In this document: positions 53,012 through 62,727 of the stretch, one piece after another | Layout of the letters: each line of letters begins with the position of its first letter | Position numbering within the stretch: the stretch's first letter is position 1 | The notes under the pieces: generated by a model | Told to the model about the DNA's origin: nothing | Databases searched by the model: none | The model's input: the letters and a program-made list of their open reading frames with translations, nothing else | Translations under genes and position numbers: made by a program | NCBI GenBank assembly: GCA_016213645.1 | Contig: JACQZY010000028.1 | Coordinates: 9,457 to 73,456, forward strand | Direction of reading: 5' to 3' | DNA from: Actinomycetota bacterium | GTDB taxonomy: Bacteria > Actinomycetota > Thermoleophilia > Solirubrobacterales > JACPNS01 | Length of the DNA stretch: 64,000 nucleotides

Positions 53012-54393
53012 TTGCTCCAGTATGCGGGTGCTTCGCCGCGCTTGGCGATTGCGGTGCGCAAGTCAAGCAGCGAGGTGTAGGTGGGCAGGGCGAAGACCGG
53101 GTTGCCGTCAGCGGCGGCCGCCGCGACGGCGGAGTCAAACGACTGCTCGATGCGGTCGTCCACGACGATGTCGTGCCGGTCCACTCCGGCGTAGGCAAGC
53201 CGCAGGGCCATCTCCGGCGCGCGGGTACCCGAGCAGGTAACCCGGTTCACTCGTCCCGCCAGCTCCTCGAAGTCCGCGTCCCACACCCACGAAACGTCGC
53301 GTCCGTCGGCGATCTTGTCGTTGAGCGCGATCCACAGATCGAATCGCTCGTCCTGAGCAGCGATCGTGCGCAGAACCTCATTTGCGCCGGTCGGGTTTTT
53401 GATCAGCAGTAGAGCCACTTCATGTCCGCTCACGCTGATCGACTCGACGCGGCCGAAAACGGCGCGAGCCTCCCGAAGACCGCCGGAGATCGCCGTCTTC
53501 GGCAGTTCCAGCGCGCAGGCCGCCGCGGTCGCGGCAACCGCGTTGTAAACGTTGTAAAGACCGGGAATCGGCAGTTCGATCGCGATACTTCCACCCGGTG
53601 AGTCAATCGTGATCGCCGAGCCCGACATGCCGTTCATTTGAATGTTCGACGCATAGACGCTGGGACGCGGGCGTTGCGCTCCGCAGCTCACGCATTGGTA
53701 GTGACCGAGATGCCCAAGCAGAACGGCGTCATAGCTGAGCGGAGCGCCGCACTGGCGGCAGAATTTGGAGTCGGCGGCATGGCGGGGGGAGGATTCGGCG
53801 TAGGCGCGGTCCTCGATGCCGAAGTAGATGACGTTTTGGCGATCTCCGGCGAGCTGCGCGAGCAATGGGTCGTCGGCGTTGAGAACCACGGTCGTCGCGG
53901 CAGGCAGGGAGGCGATCATGCCTGCCCAAGAATCTGCGAGCGTTTCCAGCTCGCCGTAGCGGTCGAGCTGGTCGCGAAAAAGATTCGCCAGCATGATTAC
54001 CCGCGGCTGCAACCTGCCGACCAAATCCGCCACCCAGGCCTCGTCCACTTCAAACAGACCGATGTCGCCGGTCAGCGTGCCATGTCGCGTCGCCGAGAGC
54101 AACGAACTGGCGATGCCGCCGGGCATATTGGCACCGGCGTGGTTGTGAACCGGTTCCAGATCCGCTTCGCGAAGGATGCTCGAAAGCAGCGAAGCGGTGG
54201 TCGTTTTGCCGTTGGTCGCGGAGATTACGACCGTGCCATTTTCCAGCGGAGACACCAGCCGCTCGATCGCGTCGTCCTGCATCGAGAGCAGGAGCTTGCC
54301 CGGCAGCGAGGTGCCACCGCCGCGGCCCGCCGCTCGAATCAGCGATCCGGCGCCGCGCGCAACCGCGAGTTTGAGAGGTGAGACCTGTGACAT
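53008..54393 (-). CDS. murT: lipid II isoglutaminyl synthase ligase subunit MurT (Mur ligase family + DUF1727)
   Basis: ATNGKTTT P-loop, Cys4 ribbon CRQCGAPL...YQCVSCG and a C-terminal DUF1727-like region. Confidence 0.9.
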   Translation of the reverse strand: MSQVSPLKLAVARGAGSLIRAAGRGGGTSLPGKLLLSMQDDAIERLVSPLENGTVVISATNGKTTTASLLSSILREADLEPVHNHAGANMPGGIASSLLSATRHGTLTGDIGLFEVDEAWVADLVGRLQPRVIMLANLFRDQLDRYGELETLADSWAGMIASLPAATTVVLNADDPLLAQLAGDRQNVIYFGIEDRAYAESSPRHAADSKFCRQCGAPLSYDAVLLGHLGHYQCVSCGAQRPRPSVYASNIQMNGMSGSAITIDSPGGSIAIELPIPGLYNVYNAVAATAAACALELPKTAISGGLREARAVFGRVESISVSGHEVALLLIKNPTGANEVLRTIAAQDERFDLWIALNDKIADGRDVSWVWDADFEELAGRVNRVTCSGTRAPEMALRLAYAGVDRHDIVVDDRIEQSFDSAVAAAAADGNPVFALPTYTSLLDLRTAIAKRGEAPAYWSK

Positions 54394-54404
54394 CCGTAGA
54401 CGGA

Positions 54405-55037
54405 TTATCGCTTGGCGCCCACGTAGAACTCGCCTGGAGGGGCAGATCCGGCAGCGACGGTGGAGACTCCGTACCTGCGAAACCCGCGTGCAAGACGCTG
54501 TTCGCCGCTGTAGAAAGCGGTCGAGGAACCCCGCGAGGCCGCGATCACAACCGTTCCGCCGGGCGTGAGCAGTCGCTCTATCTCGTCAAAGGCGGGTGGC
54601 GCGTTCAGAAGCACAACGAGATCCACGGACTCGTCGTCCAGGTCGACATCCTGTAGACGACCGACCGTGAATCTTGCGGACGAGCCGGCCGACGCTCCGT
54701 TGCGCGTGGCCGCGGCGATCATCTCCGGGCTTGAGTCCACGCCCGTAACCCATGCTCGCGGATAGCGTTCGGCCAGCATCCGCGTTCCGGCGCCGGTTCC
54801 GCAACCCAGGTCGACGACGCGCGAAGGGCTCGCGTCACGCGCGTCCACGGCGTCGAGCCCCGCGTTAAGGGCCGCCAGCCGGTCCACGCCATGCCCTTCG
54901 GTGTGTGCGTCCCAGCCGGCCGCCCATGAGTTGAAGAGGCGCAGCATCAGGCGGTCGCATAGCGGCCGCAGGGGTTTGGCGTTCAGCCAGACCAGGTAAA
55001 GCAGTCGCATCGCTCGTTCGCGTGTTGTATTCGGCAT
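54405..55037 (-). CDS. class I SAM-dependent methyltransferase
   Basis: Motif [13 protein letters not shown], and a post-I acidic residue in GVDSSPEMI. Confidence 0.8.
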   Translation of the reverse strand: MPNTTRERAMRLLYLVWLNAKPLRPLCDRLMLRLFNSWAAGWDAHTEGHGVDRLAALNAGLDAVDARDASPSRVVDLGCGTGAGTRMLAERYPRAWVTGVDSSPEMIAAATRNGASAGSSARFTVGRLQDVDLDDESVDLVVLLNAPPAFDEIERLLTPGGTVVIAASRGSSTAFYSGEQRLARGFRRYGVSTVAAGSAPPGEFYVGAKR

Positions 55038-55088
55038 CCGGCGAGATTATGCCCGGGCGGCGGGCGGCCGTGGCCGTCTTTGTCGCGT

Positions 55089-55961
55089 TCAGCGCTGGGC
55101 TGGGGTCTCACTGCGCCCCGGCGCGGCGACCGAGTGTCCGTTTCGTCCGGCGCGCAGGCCGGTCTGTTTGGCGGCGCGTCTCGCTGCAAAGGCACCGCGC
55201 TCAACCCCACTTAGCGACGGATCGGGCTCCAAGGGCTCGATGCGCGCGGTCTCAAGCAACATGTCGCCGAGCAGGCGCTCGGCGAAGGGTTCCTCGGGGC
55301 TTTCGGGGTCGAGGGTCAGGAGTACGTCCTGCTGAACGCGATGCCACCGCTCTTTGGTCAGCGGTTCGCTGGCGACCATCGACATGCCGCGTCGGGTGCT
55401 CCAGTGGAGTTCAAATACGCCCAGCCGGTACGCGTACAGCTTGAATCCGTCACTGAACAAGAAGTTCAAACCGGAAAAGGTCGTTGACGCCACCACCGTG
55501 GCAACAACGCCGCGTAGCGAGCGCACCGGATCTTCGGGATCGAGCTCGTTCATGAGTCGTGTGAAGAAACACTCGGAGTCGGTCTCTCCGGCCGGTTCGG
55601 CCATGTCACGGCGCAGCAGGGAGCGGTAGTCGAGGATTGTGCCGTTGTGCGAAAAGGTGTAAGGCCCAAAGTCGAACGGATGGGTGTTCTCGATCGAAAG
55701 GCCGCCGAGCGTGGCGCGACGTACGTGGGCGTTGAAGATGCGGCCTTGGAGTTCGGTTGCCGCCGCGAAGCGGTTGTCGCTGTGAGCGGCCGCCGGAAAG
55801 CGCTCGATTGCGGGAGACTCGTCGCCGATTTCGCGGTATGCGGCAATGCCCCAGCCGGAATCGTGCGTTTCCGACTGCCCGATCAGAGGGTTGTCGGCTT
55901 CAAGTAATTCATAACGGACCGAGACCGGAGTCGCGGTTACTGCTCCAAACACACGACACAT
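55089..55961 (-). CDS. class II (Ntn) glutamine amidotransferase domain protein (YafJ-like)
   Basis: N-terminal nucleophile MCRVFG, plus SGWGIAAY and HVRRATLGGLSIENTHPF. Confidence 0.8.
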   Translation of the reverse strand: MCRVFGAVTATPVSVRYELLEADNPLIGQSETHDSGWGIAAYREIGDESPAIERFPAAAHSDNRFAAATELQGRIFNAHVRRATLGGLSIENTHPFDFGPYTFSHNGTILDYRSLLRRDMAEPAGETDSECFFTRLMNELDPEDPVRSLRGVVATVVASTTFSGLNFLFSDGFKLYAYRLGVFELHWSTRRGMSMVASEPLTKERWHRVQQDVLLTLDPESPEEPFAERLLGDMLLETARIEPLEPDPSLSGVERGAFAARRAAKQTGLRAGRNGHSVAAPGRSETPAQR

Positions 55962-56083
55962 AACCTCAGGTTACAGATCAAATCGTGATCGCGCCCGCAC
56001 TGCGCCGGTGCCGCGCCAGAACCGCCACTAGACTGCGCATCCGCAGCTTTGTTTATGTACAAAACCTGGATGGGGGCCGTTCG

Positions 56084-56782
56084 ATGAATCAGAAACTCTT
56101 CAACCGCATCGCGATCGTCGCGCTGACTATCGCGCTCGCGCTGTTTGCCGGCGCCTGTGGCGACAAAAAGAAGAGTGAGTCAGGGAAGACGTCGTCCGAC
56201 GTTAATTCCGAAGGACTCGACATCAACGGCTGCAAGCCGGCCGAGCAGCCCGCGGAGAAGCAGGTCAAGCTCGCCAAGCCCACGAAGAAGCTCGACCGAT
56301 CAAGCACGTACCTGGCAACCTTCAAGACCAACTGCGGAGACTTCACGATCAAGCTTGACGTCAAGAAGAATCCGAAAACCGCGGCGTCGTTTGCTTACAT
56401 GGTCGAGAAGGGCGTTTACGACAAAACTTGGTTCCATCGCATCATCACCGACTTCGTGGTGCAGGGTGGAGACCCGCTGGGCCAAGGCACGGGCGACGCC
56501 GGCTTCAAAGTCACCGAGAAGCCGAAGGGCAAGTATGAGCTGAATACCGTCGCAATGGCGAAGGGCGGGGACGAGCCGGCCGGCTCGTCCGGCAGCCAGT
56601 TTTACATCGTGATCGGCCAGCAGGGCACGGCGCTTCCGCCCGATTACGCAATCGCGGGAAAGGTGGTCGAGGGCGAGGACACGGTGCAGCGCATCGCCGG
56701 ATACGCGGCTTCCTCGGCTGATCAATCCGGCACCCCCACCGGCGTGGCCGTAGTCAGCCAAGCGACGCTGAAAACCGAATAA
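56084..56782 (+). CDS. lipoprotein peptidyl-prolyl cis-trans isomerase (cyclophilin type)
   Basis: Lipobox LFAGAC after a signal sequence. Cyclophilin motifs FHRIITDFVVQGGDP and GSQFYIV. Start ATG 56084. Confidence 0.9.
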   Translation: MNQKLFNRIAIVALTIALALFAGACGDKKKSESGKTSSDVNSEGLDINGCKPAEQPAEKQVKLAKPTKKLDRSSTYLATFKTNCGDFTIKLDVKKNPKTAASFAYMVEKGVYDKTWFHRIITDFVVQGGDPLGQGTGDAGFKVTEKPKGKYELNTVAMAKGGDEPAGSSGSQFYIVIGQQGTALPPDYAIAGKVVEGEDTVQRIAGYAASSADQSGTPTGVAVVSQATLKTE

Positions 56783-56908
56783 CGCTCTAATGTCATATGT
56801 GACGTTCTCCGCGCAGGTAAAACGCCCGCAGCGTTGAACAGTTTCAAATAAGCCGTAGGCGGTTACCCGCCGCCGCGGCTTTTGCATTCGCCGATTCGGC
56901 GGTCACGT

Positions 56909-57631
56909 ATGAGAGAAAGCTTTCAAAACGACCTCGACTGGCTCGTCCAGCGCACCGAAGAATCTCTTGGGCTGGTGCGCGACGCCGTTGAGCGGACGGT
57001 CGAGGCGATCGTCGAGCGCGACGCCGCGCTTGCCGACGAAATCATCGCCGGTGATGACCAGATCGACGCGATCTACCAGACGATCCATTCCGAGATGCTC
57101 GGCGTAATCGCTCGGCAGGCACCGGTTGCCAGCGACCTTCGTCTCTTGACCGGCCTTGGTTACATGGCGATTCACATCGAACGCATGGGCGACGGCTGCG
57201 TGAACATCGCGAAGCTCGTAAAGCTCGCGGGTACGCAGGTTTATCCGACCGATCTAACCACGCGCATCGCGACGATGGGCAAGGACCTGATCACGATGAT
57301 CGACCAGGCCGGTCGCGCGTTTCGCGAGCGCAACGTTGAATTGGCGCTCGACCTCGTGCGACTGGACGACGCCGTGGACGAAGGCAACCGTCGCGTATTC
57401 AACATCGCCGTAGGCCCTCAGCTGCCGGCCGAGATTCGCCAGTGGGCCGGCTACATGCTGCTGATCGGTCGAGCGATGGAACGGATCGGCGATCACGCGG
57501 TCGATCTGGGCGAGCAGATCGCGTTCATCGTCACCGGAGAGTTTCGGGAGTTCACCGACGCCTCGCACGAAGACAGTCTGGAACAGCTCGCCGAGGTGCA
57601 TCAGGCCGTTACGCAGTTGCGCCGAGTCTGA
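56909..57631 (+). CDS. phoU: phosphate signalling complex protein PhoU
   Basis: Two PhoU repeats (RDAALADEIIAGDDQIDAIY and ERNVELALDLVRLDDAVDEGN; ERIGDHA). Start ATG 56909. Confidence 0.9.
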   Translation: MRESFQNDLDWLVQRTEESLGLVRDAVERTVEAIVERDAALADEIIAGDDQIDAIYQTIHSEMLGVIARQAPVASDLRLLTGLGYMAIHIERMGDGCVNIAKLVKLAGTQVYPTDLTTRIATMGKDLITMIDQAGRAFRERNVELALDLVRLDDAVDEGNRRVFNIAVGPQLPAEIRQWAGYMLLIGRAMERIGDHAVDLGEQIAFIVTGEFREFTDASHEDSLEQLAEVHQAVTQLRRV

Positions 57632-57668
57632 TCCCGGCGAAACGCGCAGAGGCGCACGGCTTTGGATC

Positions 57669-59255
57669 TCAAGTAGGAAACGGCCGATCCGTGTCCGCCA
57701 ACCCGGCGGCCTGCGGAGCAGCGTCGCGCATCAAAGATTCGATCTCATCGCGGCGGCGATTTTGCGGCACTCCCCAGTCGGCCTGGTAGTCGAACACCTC
57801 CGCCAGTGAGCGGGCGCCGAAACGCCCGTCCACCAGTTCCAGCTGACCGGCGCCGACAAGCGCCGGATGAACCTGACCGCAGGTTCGAGACAGTGCGAGC
57901 AACTCGCCGCGCAGCGTTGAGATGTAGTTGGCCGTGCGTACGCCTTTGGAGGACGGGTCCAGGCCCGCCGTTCGCCAGCGCTTGTGCGTGGTCACACCGG
58001 TGGGGCAGTTGCCGGTGTGACAGCGTTGCGATTGGATGCAGCCCACCGCCAGCATCGCCTCGCGTCCTACGTTGACCATGTCGGCGCCAAGCGAGAACGA
58101 CATCAGCGCGGCTTCCGGCAGACCGGCCTTTCCAGAGACGATGAAAACGACGCGATCGTCCAGCGAGCGCTCGGCGAAGGTCGAAAACACGCGAGTCAAT
58201 CCAATTTTCAGCGGCAGCGACACGTGGTCGGTGAACGCGAGCGGTGCGGCCCCGGTGCCTCCTTCGCCGCCGTCGATCACGATGTAGTCGACGCCGCGAG
58301 GACCATCGGACATCAGATCCGCCAAGTCCCGCCAAAAACTCAGCTTGCCGACGGCGGACTTGATGCCGACGGGCAAACCGGTGCGCTCGCCGATCGCCTC
58401 TATGAAGTCAAGCAACTCGTCGGCGCTGCGAAAAGCGGAGTGTCCGGGCGGGCTAATGCAGTCCTGCCCCTGGGGCACGCCACGAATCCGCGCGATTTCC
58501 GCGTTTACCTTCACCCCCGGCAGAATTCCGCCGAGTCCCGGTTTGGCGCCCTGGCTGAGCTTGATTTCAATCGCCTTGACGGGCGCGTGTTCGATCGTTT
58601 CGGCGAGGCGGTCCAAGCTGAACCGTCCAGCACGGTCGCGGCAACCAAAATATCCGGTTCCGATCTGAAACACGAGATCGCCGCCGTTCAGGTGATAGGG
58701 CGAGATTCCGCCTTCGCCCGTCGTCTGCATGCAGCCGGAAAGCCGGGCGCCGCGATTCAGAGCCTCCACCGCACGGCCACTGAGCGCGCCAAAACTCATG
58801 CCGGAGATGTTGACCACGGATTCCGGTCTGAACGCGTGGCGGCGACCCCGCGCCAATCCCATGATTTTTGCCGCCGGCAGCAGAAATGGATCGTGACCGC
58901 GGTCGTTTTCGATGCTGTGCTTGGGGTCGATCAGCGGCGGAAAGGCATCGTGCTTGATAATCAGGTAGTTGGACGACCGCTCCATTTCGTTGTCGCTGCC
59001 GAACCCGAAACGGTTGTTCTGCCGTTTGGCGGAGGCGTACACCCAGCGACGCTGGTCGCGAGTGAACGGGCGCTCCTCATCGTTGTCGGTGACGATGTAC
59101 TGCCGCAGCTCGGGCCCGATGCGCTCGAGGATGTAGCGAAAGTGACCGATGATCGGGAAGTTGTGAAGGATCGTGTGCGTGCGCTGCGTGACGTCGAACA
59201 CGACGACAAGCAGCATCAGAACGGCGATCCCGCTGCCCAGGTAGGCCCAGAACAT
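57669..59255 (-). CDS. FMN-binding glutamate synthase family protein (GltB domain-2-like, membrane-anchored)
   Basis: N-terminal TM helix. Conserved ISPPGHSAF, DGGEGGTGAAP and CHTGNCPTGV segments. Confidence 0.85.
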   Translation of the reverse strand: MFWAYLGSGIAVLMLLVVVFDVTQRTHTILHNFPIIGHFRYILERIGPELRQYIVTDNDEERPFTRDQRRWVYASAKRQNNRFGFGSDNEMERSSNYLIIKHDAFPPLIDPKHSIENDRGHDPFLLPAAKIMGLARGRRHAFRPESVVNISGMSFGALSGRAVEALNRGARLSGCMQTTGEGGISPYHLNGGDLVFQIGTGYFGCRDRAGRFSLDRLAETIEHAPVKAIEIKLSQGAKPGLGGILPGVKVNAEIARIRGVPQGQDCISPPGHSAFRSADELLDFIEAIGERTGLPVGIKSAVGKLSFWRDLADLMSDGPRGVDYIVIDGGEGGTGAAPLAFTDHVSLPLKIGLTRVFSTFAERSLDDRVVFIVSGKAGLPEAALMSFSLGADMVNVGREAMLAVGCIQSQRCHTGNCPTGVTTHKRWRTAGLDPSSKGVRTANYISTLRGELLALSRTCGQVHPALVGAGQLELVDGRFGARSLAEVFDYQADWGVPQNRRRDEIESLMRDAAPQAAGLADTDRPFPT

Positions 59256-59363
59256 GATTCAACTATCCCGGCGCGGGCGGACGCGAATCTGTTTCCGGTG
59301 GCGAACGCGGCGCGGACCTGCGGAGCCCGACGCGGAGGAAGGGCGCGTCGCGCGAAACTCCGT

Positions 59364-60866
59364 CTAACGGAGGTACGGCGGCTGCCAGCCGCCAAACGCG
59401 CGTTCAAGCGCGGTCGCCACGGCGATCGAAACGTGATCGCGGTCAAGTCCCGCGACCACCTGCACGCCAAGTGGCAATCCCTCCTTGTTCAACCCGAGTG
59501 GCGTCTGCGTGACCGGCGAACCCGTGAGGTTGAACATCGCCGTTGGCGCCACCGACCACGGTCGCGGCACGGTCGTGCCGTGACGAGGCGCCACTCTCGA
59601 GTGAGGCGGATGCAGAAGCACGCCGTCTCCGAGGAAATCGTTGAACTCGCGCGCGAGCGATCGTCCGGCGGCAAGCTGTTTGCGCGTAAGGCGGTCGGAT
59701 CCTTGACCCAGCACGGACTCCCCGATCATCAGGAAGACCGTCGGCCAGGTGTGCAGTGCACGACGGTTGCGCAGCACCTCGCGCAAGGTCACCTGCGTTC
59801 CACCTTCCGGAGTGAGCATGTCGCTGAGCGTGTCCCCGCCGCCGTTGACGAGCGCCACAAGCAGCAGACCCAAGGCGCGACGAAGATCCTTCAGTTCGAC
59901 ATCGTGGACGCGCGCGCCCATTGCCTCCAGCGCACCGGCGGCGCGTTCGCGCGCGTCAAGCAACTGGCGGCTTGGCCCGAAATACCAGGCGTCTCGCGAG
60001 ATCATCACGTCAAGTCCTTCGATCGAGACATCCGCCGGATCGCCCAGCGCGATCTCTCTGACCATCTCGTCCTCGCCGTCGGGTCCGGCAACGATCTTTA
60101 GAACCGGCATCAAGTCCTCCGCCCGCCGCGCCAGCGGACCGGTCACAAGCAACTCCGCGGCGGAACCGTCGGCATGGGGCCACTGACCGCTGTTTGGCAC
60201 TGCGCCCATCGAAGGCTTGTGTCCAAATATCCCGTTGAAGAAGGCAGGCACGCGGATCGATCCCGCGATGTCGGTGCCGAGCCCAAACGGCGCTCCGCCA
60301 CTGCCGATCGCCGCTCCTTCACCGCCGCTTGAACCTCCTGCCGTGCGCGAATGGTCGTAGGCGTTGTTGGCCCGTCCGTACACGCGATTGTCCGATTCGA
60401 TCCAAAGCGTAAGCTCGGAAATGTTCGTCACGCCGAGCGGAATCGCTCCCGCGTCGATCACTCGCTGCACCGGGGGAGCGTTAGTGGTTGAGCGAATGTC
60501 GCGGCGATGCACTACACCAACGCTGTTGGGCATGCCTTCGAAAGAAAACGATTCCTTGATCGTGCATGGAACGCCGAGCAGAGGGGGGAGGGAGGCGTTG
60601 TCGCCGTCGGCGGCCCGAACCTGCGAGTCGGCGGCGTCCGCCGCGTCAAGAGCTTTGTCGAAGCGGTCGTACACGATCGCGTTGAGTTGCGGTTCGACCG
60701 TGCGTAGGCGATCGATATGTGCCTGAACCACTTCGCGCGAACTGATCTGACCGTCGCGGATGGCGGCCGCCAAGGAGATCGCCGAACATTCCGTCAAGGC
60801 TTTTTCGGCGGACAGGTTAAGGCCGACGGTACTCACGGACGAGAGATTACGCGTCGCCACGTACAC
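59364..60866 (-). CDS. amidase signature family amidase
   Basis: GGSSGGEGAAIGSGGAPFGLGTDIAGSIRVPA signature with the catalytic Lys context PCTIKES. Confidence 0.9.
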   Translation of the reverse strand: MYVATRNLSSVSTVGLNLSAEKALTECSAISLAAAIRDGQISSREVVQAHIDRLRTVEPQLNAIVYDRFDKALDAADAADSQVRAADGDNASLPPLLGVPCTIKESFSFEGMPNSVGVVHRRDIRSTTNAPPVQRVIDAGAIPLGVTNISELTLWIESDNRVYGRANNAYDHSRTAGGSSGGEGAAIGSGGAPFGLGTDIAGSIRVPAFFNGIFGHKPSMGAVPNSGQWPHADGSAAELLVTGPLARRAEDLMPVLKIVAGPDGEDEMVREIALGDPADVSIEGLDVMISRDAWYFGPSRQLLDARERAAGALEAMGARVHDVELKDLRRALGLLLVALVNGGGDTLSDMLTPEGGTQVTLREVLRNRRALHTWPTVFLMIGESVLGQGSDRLTRKQLAAGRSLAREFNDFLGDGVLLHPPHSRVAPRHGTTVPRPWSVAPTAMFNLTGSPVTQTPLGLNKEGLPLGVQVVAGLDRDHVSIAVATALERAFGGWQPPYLR

Positions 60867-60937
60867 CCTGGATGCATTGGCCGGGAATTACTCAGGACTG
60901 GCCGCAAATGCTAAGCAAATATTGGTAGTGTCGAGGG

Positions 60938-62206
60938 ATGTTTAACGGAACGCCTTTCTCCACTCGCGCCGCCGCTCTGACGACGACCATCGCCGCCGCG
61001 CTCTGCTTGCTCATCCTGCTCATCACCACCGACATCGGCACGTCTCAGGCTGCCGGCTCGCATGCGTCGTCAGGTGCGGTCCCACAGCCTTCCGCCGCCG
61101 TCGGGTACCAGCGCGCCAAATCGATCCTGCTGAAAAAAGTGATCAAACCAAAGTCGCTGGCGGCGGGTGATGACCTGATCGCGTTCCGCATGAAGCGTCC
61201 TCTTGCGGCCAAGACCAAGATCCACGTGCACGAGGACCGCGAAGCAGTGATCACAGTGCGTGAGCGCTCGTGGTTCTTCTGGGTGGACGACGATCCGAAG
61301 GCACAGTTTGAGCACGCCACGCGCTATGTGCTGATCAGCCAGCGCACCGGCAAGGTGAAAACCGTTACGCGCAACTGGTGGCCGGAGATCAAGGGCAAGG
61401 CTCCGTGGTTCGAGTACGCCGCGTACTGGAAGAAGTCGAACTGGGCGTACAGCACATTGACGCCACCGGCGACCACGTCGCGCGCGCCCAATATCCGGAC
61501 CGCCAAGGCCTCGATAACGCGCGACACTGCACTCAGGATCGCGGCGTCCACCACCGAATGCGCTGTCTTGATCGACGGGTCTGGAGACAAGAAGGCCGGC
61601 TTCCCGGACGACGTAGATGGCATGGAAAAGGTGATGGGCACGACCTTCGGCTACACCACGAAGAAGCTGACGCCGCCGAACAACAAGAAGGCCGACTTCG
61701 AAAAGGCGGTCAACGACCTGATCGCCGACGGATGCAAGGACGTACTTTTGTTCATCTCCGGCCATGGTTCGAAGGAGTCGGTGGAGATGGGCGAGGGGGC
61801 TACCTACTCGCCGAAGGAGTTGAAGGACCTGATCGACAAAAACCCAACCGTGGGTTTCAAGGTCGTGGTGCAGTCCTGCAAGTCCGGAAGCTGGATCACG
61901 CCGCTCGGCGAAGGTCCCTTGATCACGATCACTTCGACCGACAGCGACAAACCCAGCTACTCGGCAGACCCCGACGGCAAGGACGATCCAAACCCGGGCG
62001 ACACGGGCAGTGAGTTCACAAGTGGATTGATCGAGGATCTCGCCGCGATCCCGGGCGACCCGGCGCTGCTGCAACGCGTTCAGAACTGCGTGCTCGCCGG
62101 AAAATCAATCCTCGTTTGCAAACTTCAAATAGCGTGGGAGAGCGCGCTGGCCAAGGACGAAGACGCCAAAGCCGGCAACGAAAACCCGCAGAAGAAGGAG
62201 AAGTAG
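60938..62206 (+). CDS. secreted legumain-like (clan CD, family C13-like) cysteine peptidase candidate
   Basis: Signal-peptide-like N-terminus. The C-terminal half has CAVLIDGSG, then VLLFISGHG (His after a beta-strand) and, 38 residues later, FKVVVQSCKSGSW (Cys after a beta-strand). That order and spacing match the legumain His-Cys dyad. The protein is Lys-rich, unlike its neighbours. Confidence 0.6.
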   Translation: MFNGTPFSTRAAALTTTIAAALCLLILLITTDIGTSQAAGSHASSGAVPQPSAAVGYQRAKSILLKKVIKPKSLAAGDDLIAFRMKRPLAAKTKIHVHEDREAVITVRERSWFFWVDDDPKAQFEHATRYVLISQRTGKVKTVTRNWWPEIKGKAPWFEYAAYWKKSNWAYSTLTPPATTSRAPNIRTAKASITRDTALRIAASTTECAVLIDGSGDKKAGFPDDVDGMEKVMGTTFGYTTKKLTPPNNKKADFEKAVNDLIADGCKDVLLFISGHGSKESVEMGEGATYSPKELKDLIDKNPTVGFKVVVQSCKSGSWITPLGEGPLITITSTDSDKPSYSADPDGKDDPNPGDTGSEFTSGLIEDLAAIPGDPALLQRVQNCVLAGKSILVCKLQIAWESALAKDEDAKAGNENPQKKEK

Positions 62207-62306
62207 AAGAGGGCCGATGGCGCTCCCTTCGGTTTGGGCAAGGGAGGATCTTCGATTGTTTGTGCCGCTTGCCAGTCCGGAAATTCGCGATAGATCAGCG
62301 CAGACG

Positions 62307-62453
62307 TCAGCGTAAAGACGCATAAGCGCTTATCGGGATCACGACGAGATACACCAGCACCACAGCACAAACAAGCACAAATTTCAGCGCACGCTCATTG
62401 ATCCTCGTCGAAACGCCGTTGAGGGCGTGAGCGCCCAACACCATCGAATTCAT
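62307..62453 (-). CDS. possible 48-aa single-pass membrane peptide (below the ORF-track length cut-off)
   Basis: My own translation: MNSMVLGAHALNGVSTRINERALKFVLVCAVVLVYLVVIPISAYASLR. AAGGGA lies about 8 nt upstream of the ATG. No homology evidence. Confidence 0.25.
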   Translation of the reverse strand: MNSMVLGAHALNGVSTRINERALKFVLVCAVVLVYLVVIPISAYASLR

Positions 62454-62688
62454 ATTCAGTTGTCCCTTGAATCTTGATCAATTGCAATTCCGCAACACGC
62501 CAACATCCCGGCCCGGCGGGTCGCTTTCACCCGAGATCGACGCGACCGGGACCAACCATTACCCGGACCGGCCGAATGATTAGTACAAATGTTGTGATCG
62601 CGCGACGCTGCGGCCACCGGTAACCGCGAAAGATCCGCTGGCACATCGAAATACGCGGCGATTTCAACGCCGGGTCTGGCCCAAAAAC

Positions 62689-62727
62689 TTGACATCTGAT
62701 GCGAATTCCGATAACATCATCGCATCA
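62689..62727 (+). promoter_or_regulatory. candidate vapBC promoter with an overlapping inverted-repeat operator
   Basis: TTGACA (62689-62694), a 17-nt spacer, then TAACAT (62712-62717). The 8-bp inverted repeat tgatgcga / tcgcatca (62697-62704 and 62720-62727) brackets the -10 element. Confidence 0.45.

Noticed and set aside
57984-60101. 705-aa plus-strand ORF
   Set aside because: It runs antisense through both the GltS-like gene and the amidase gene, including their intergenic gap. Both minus-strand products carry strong family signatures and this one has none.
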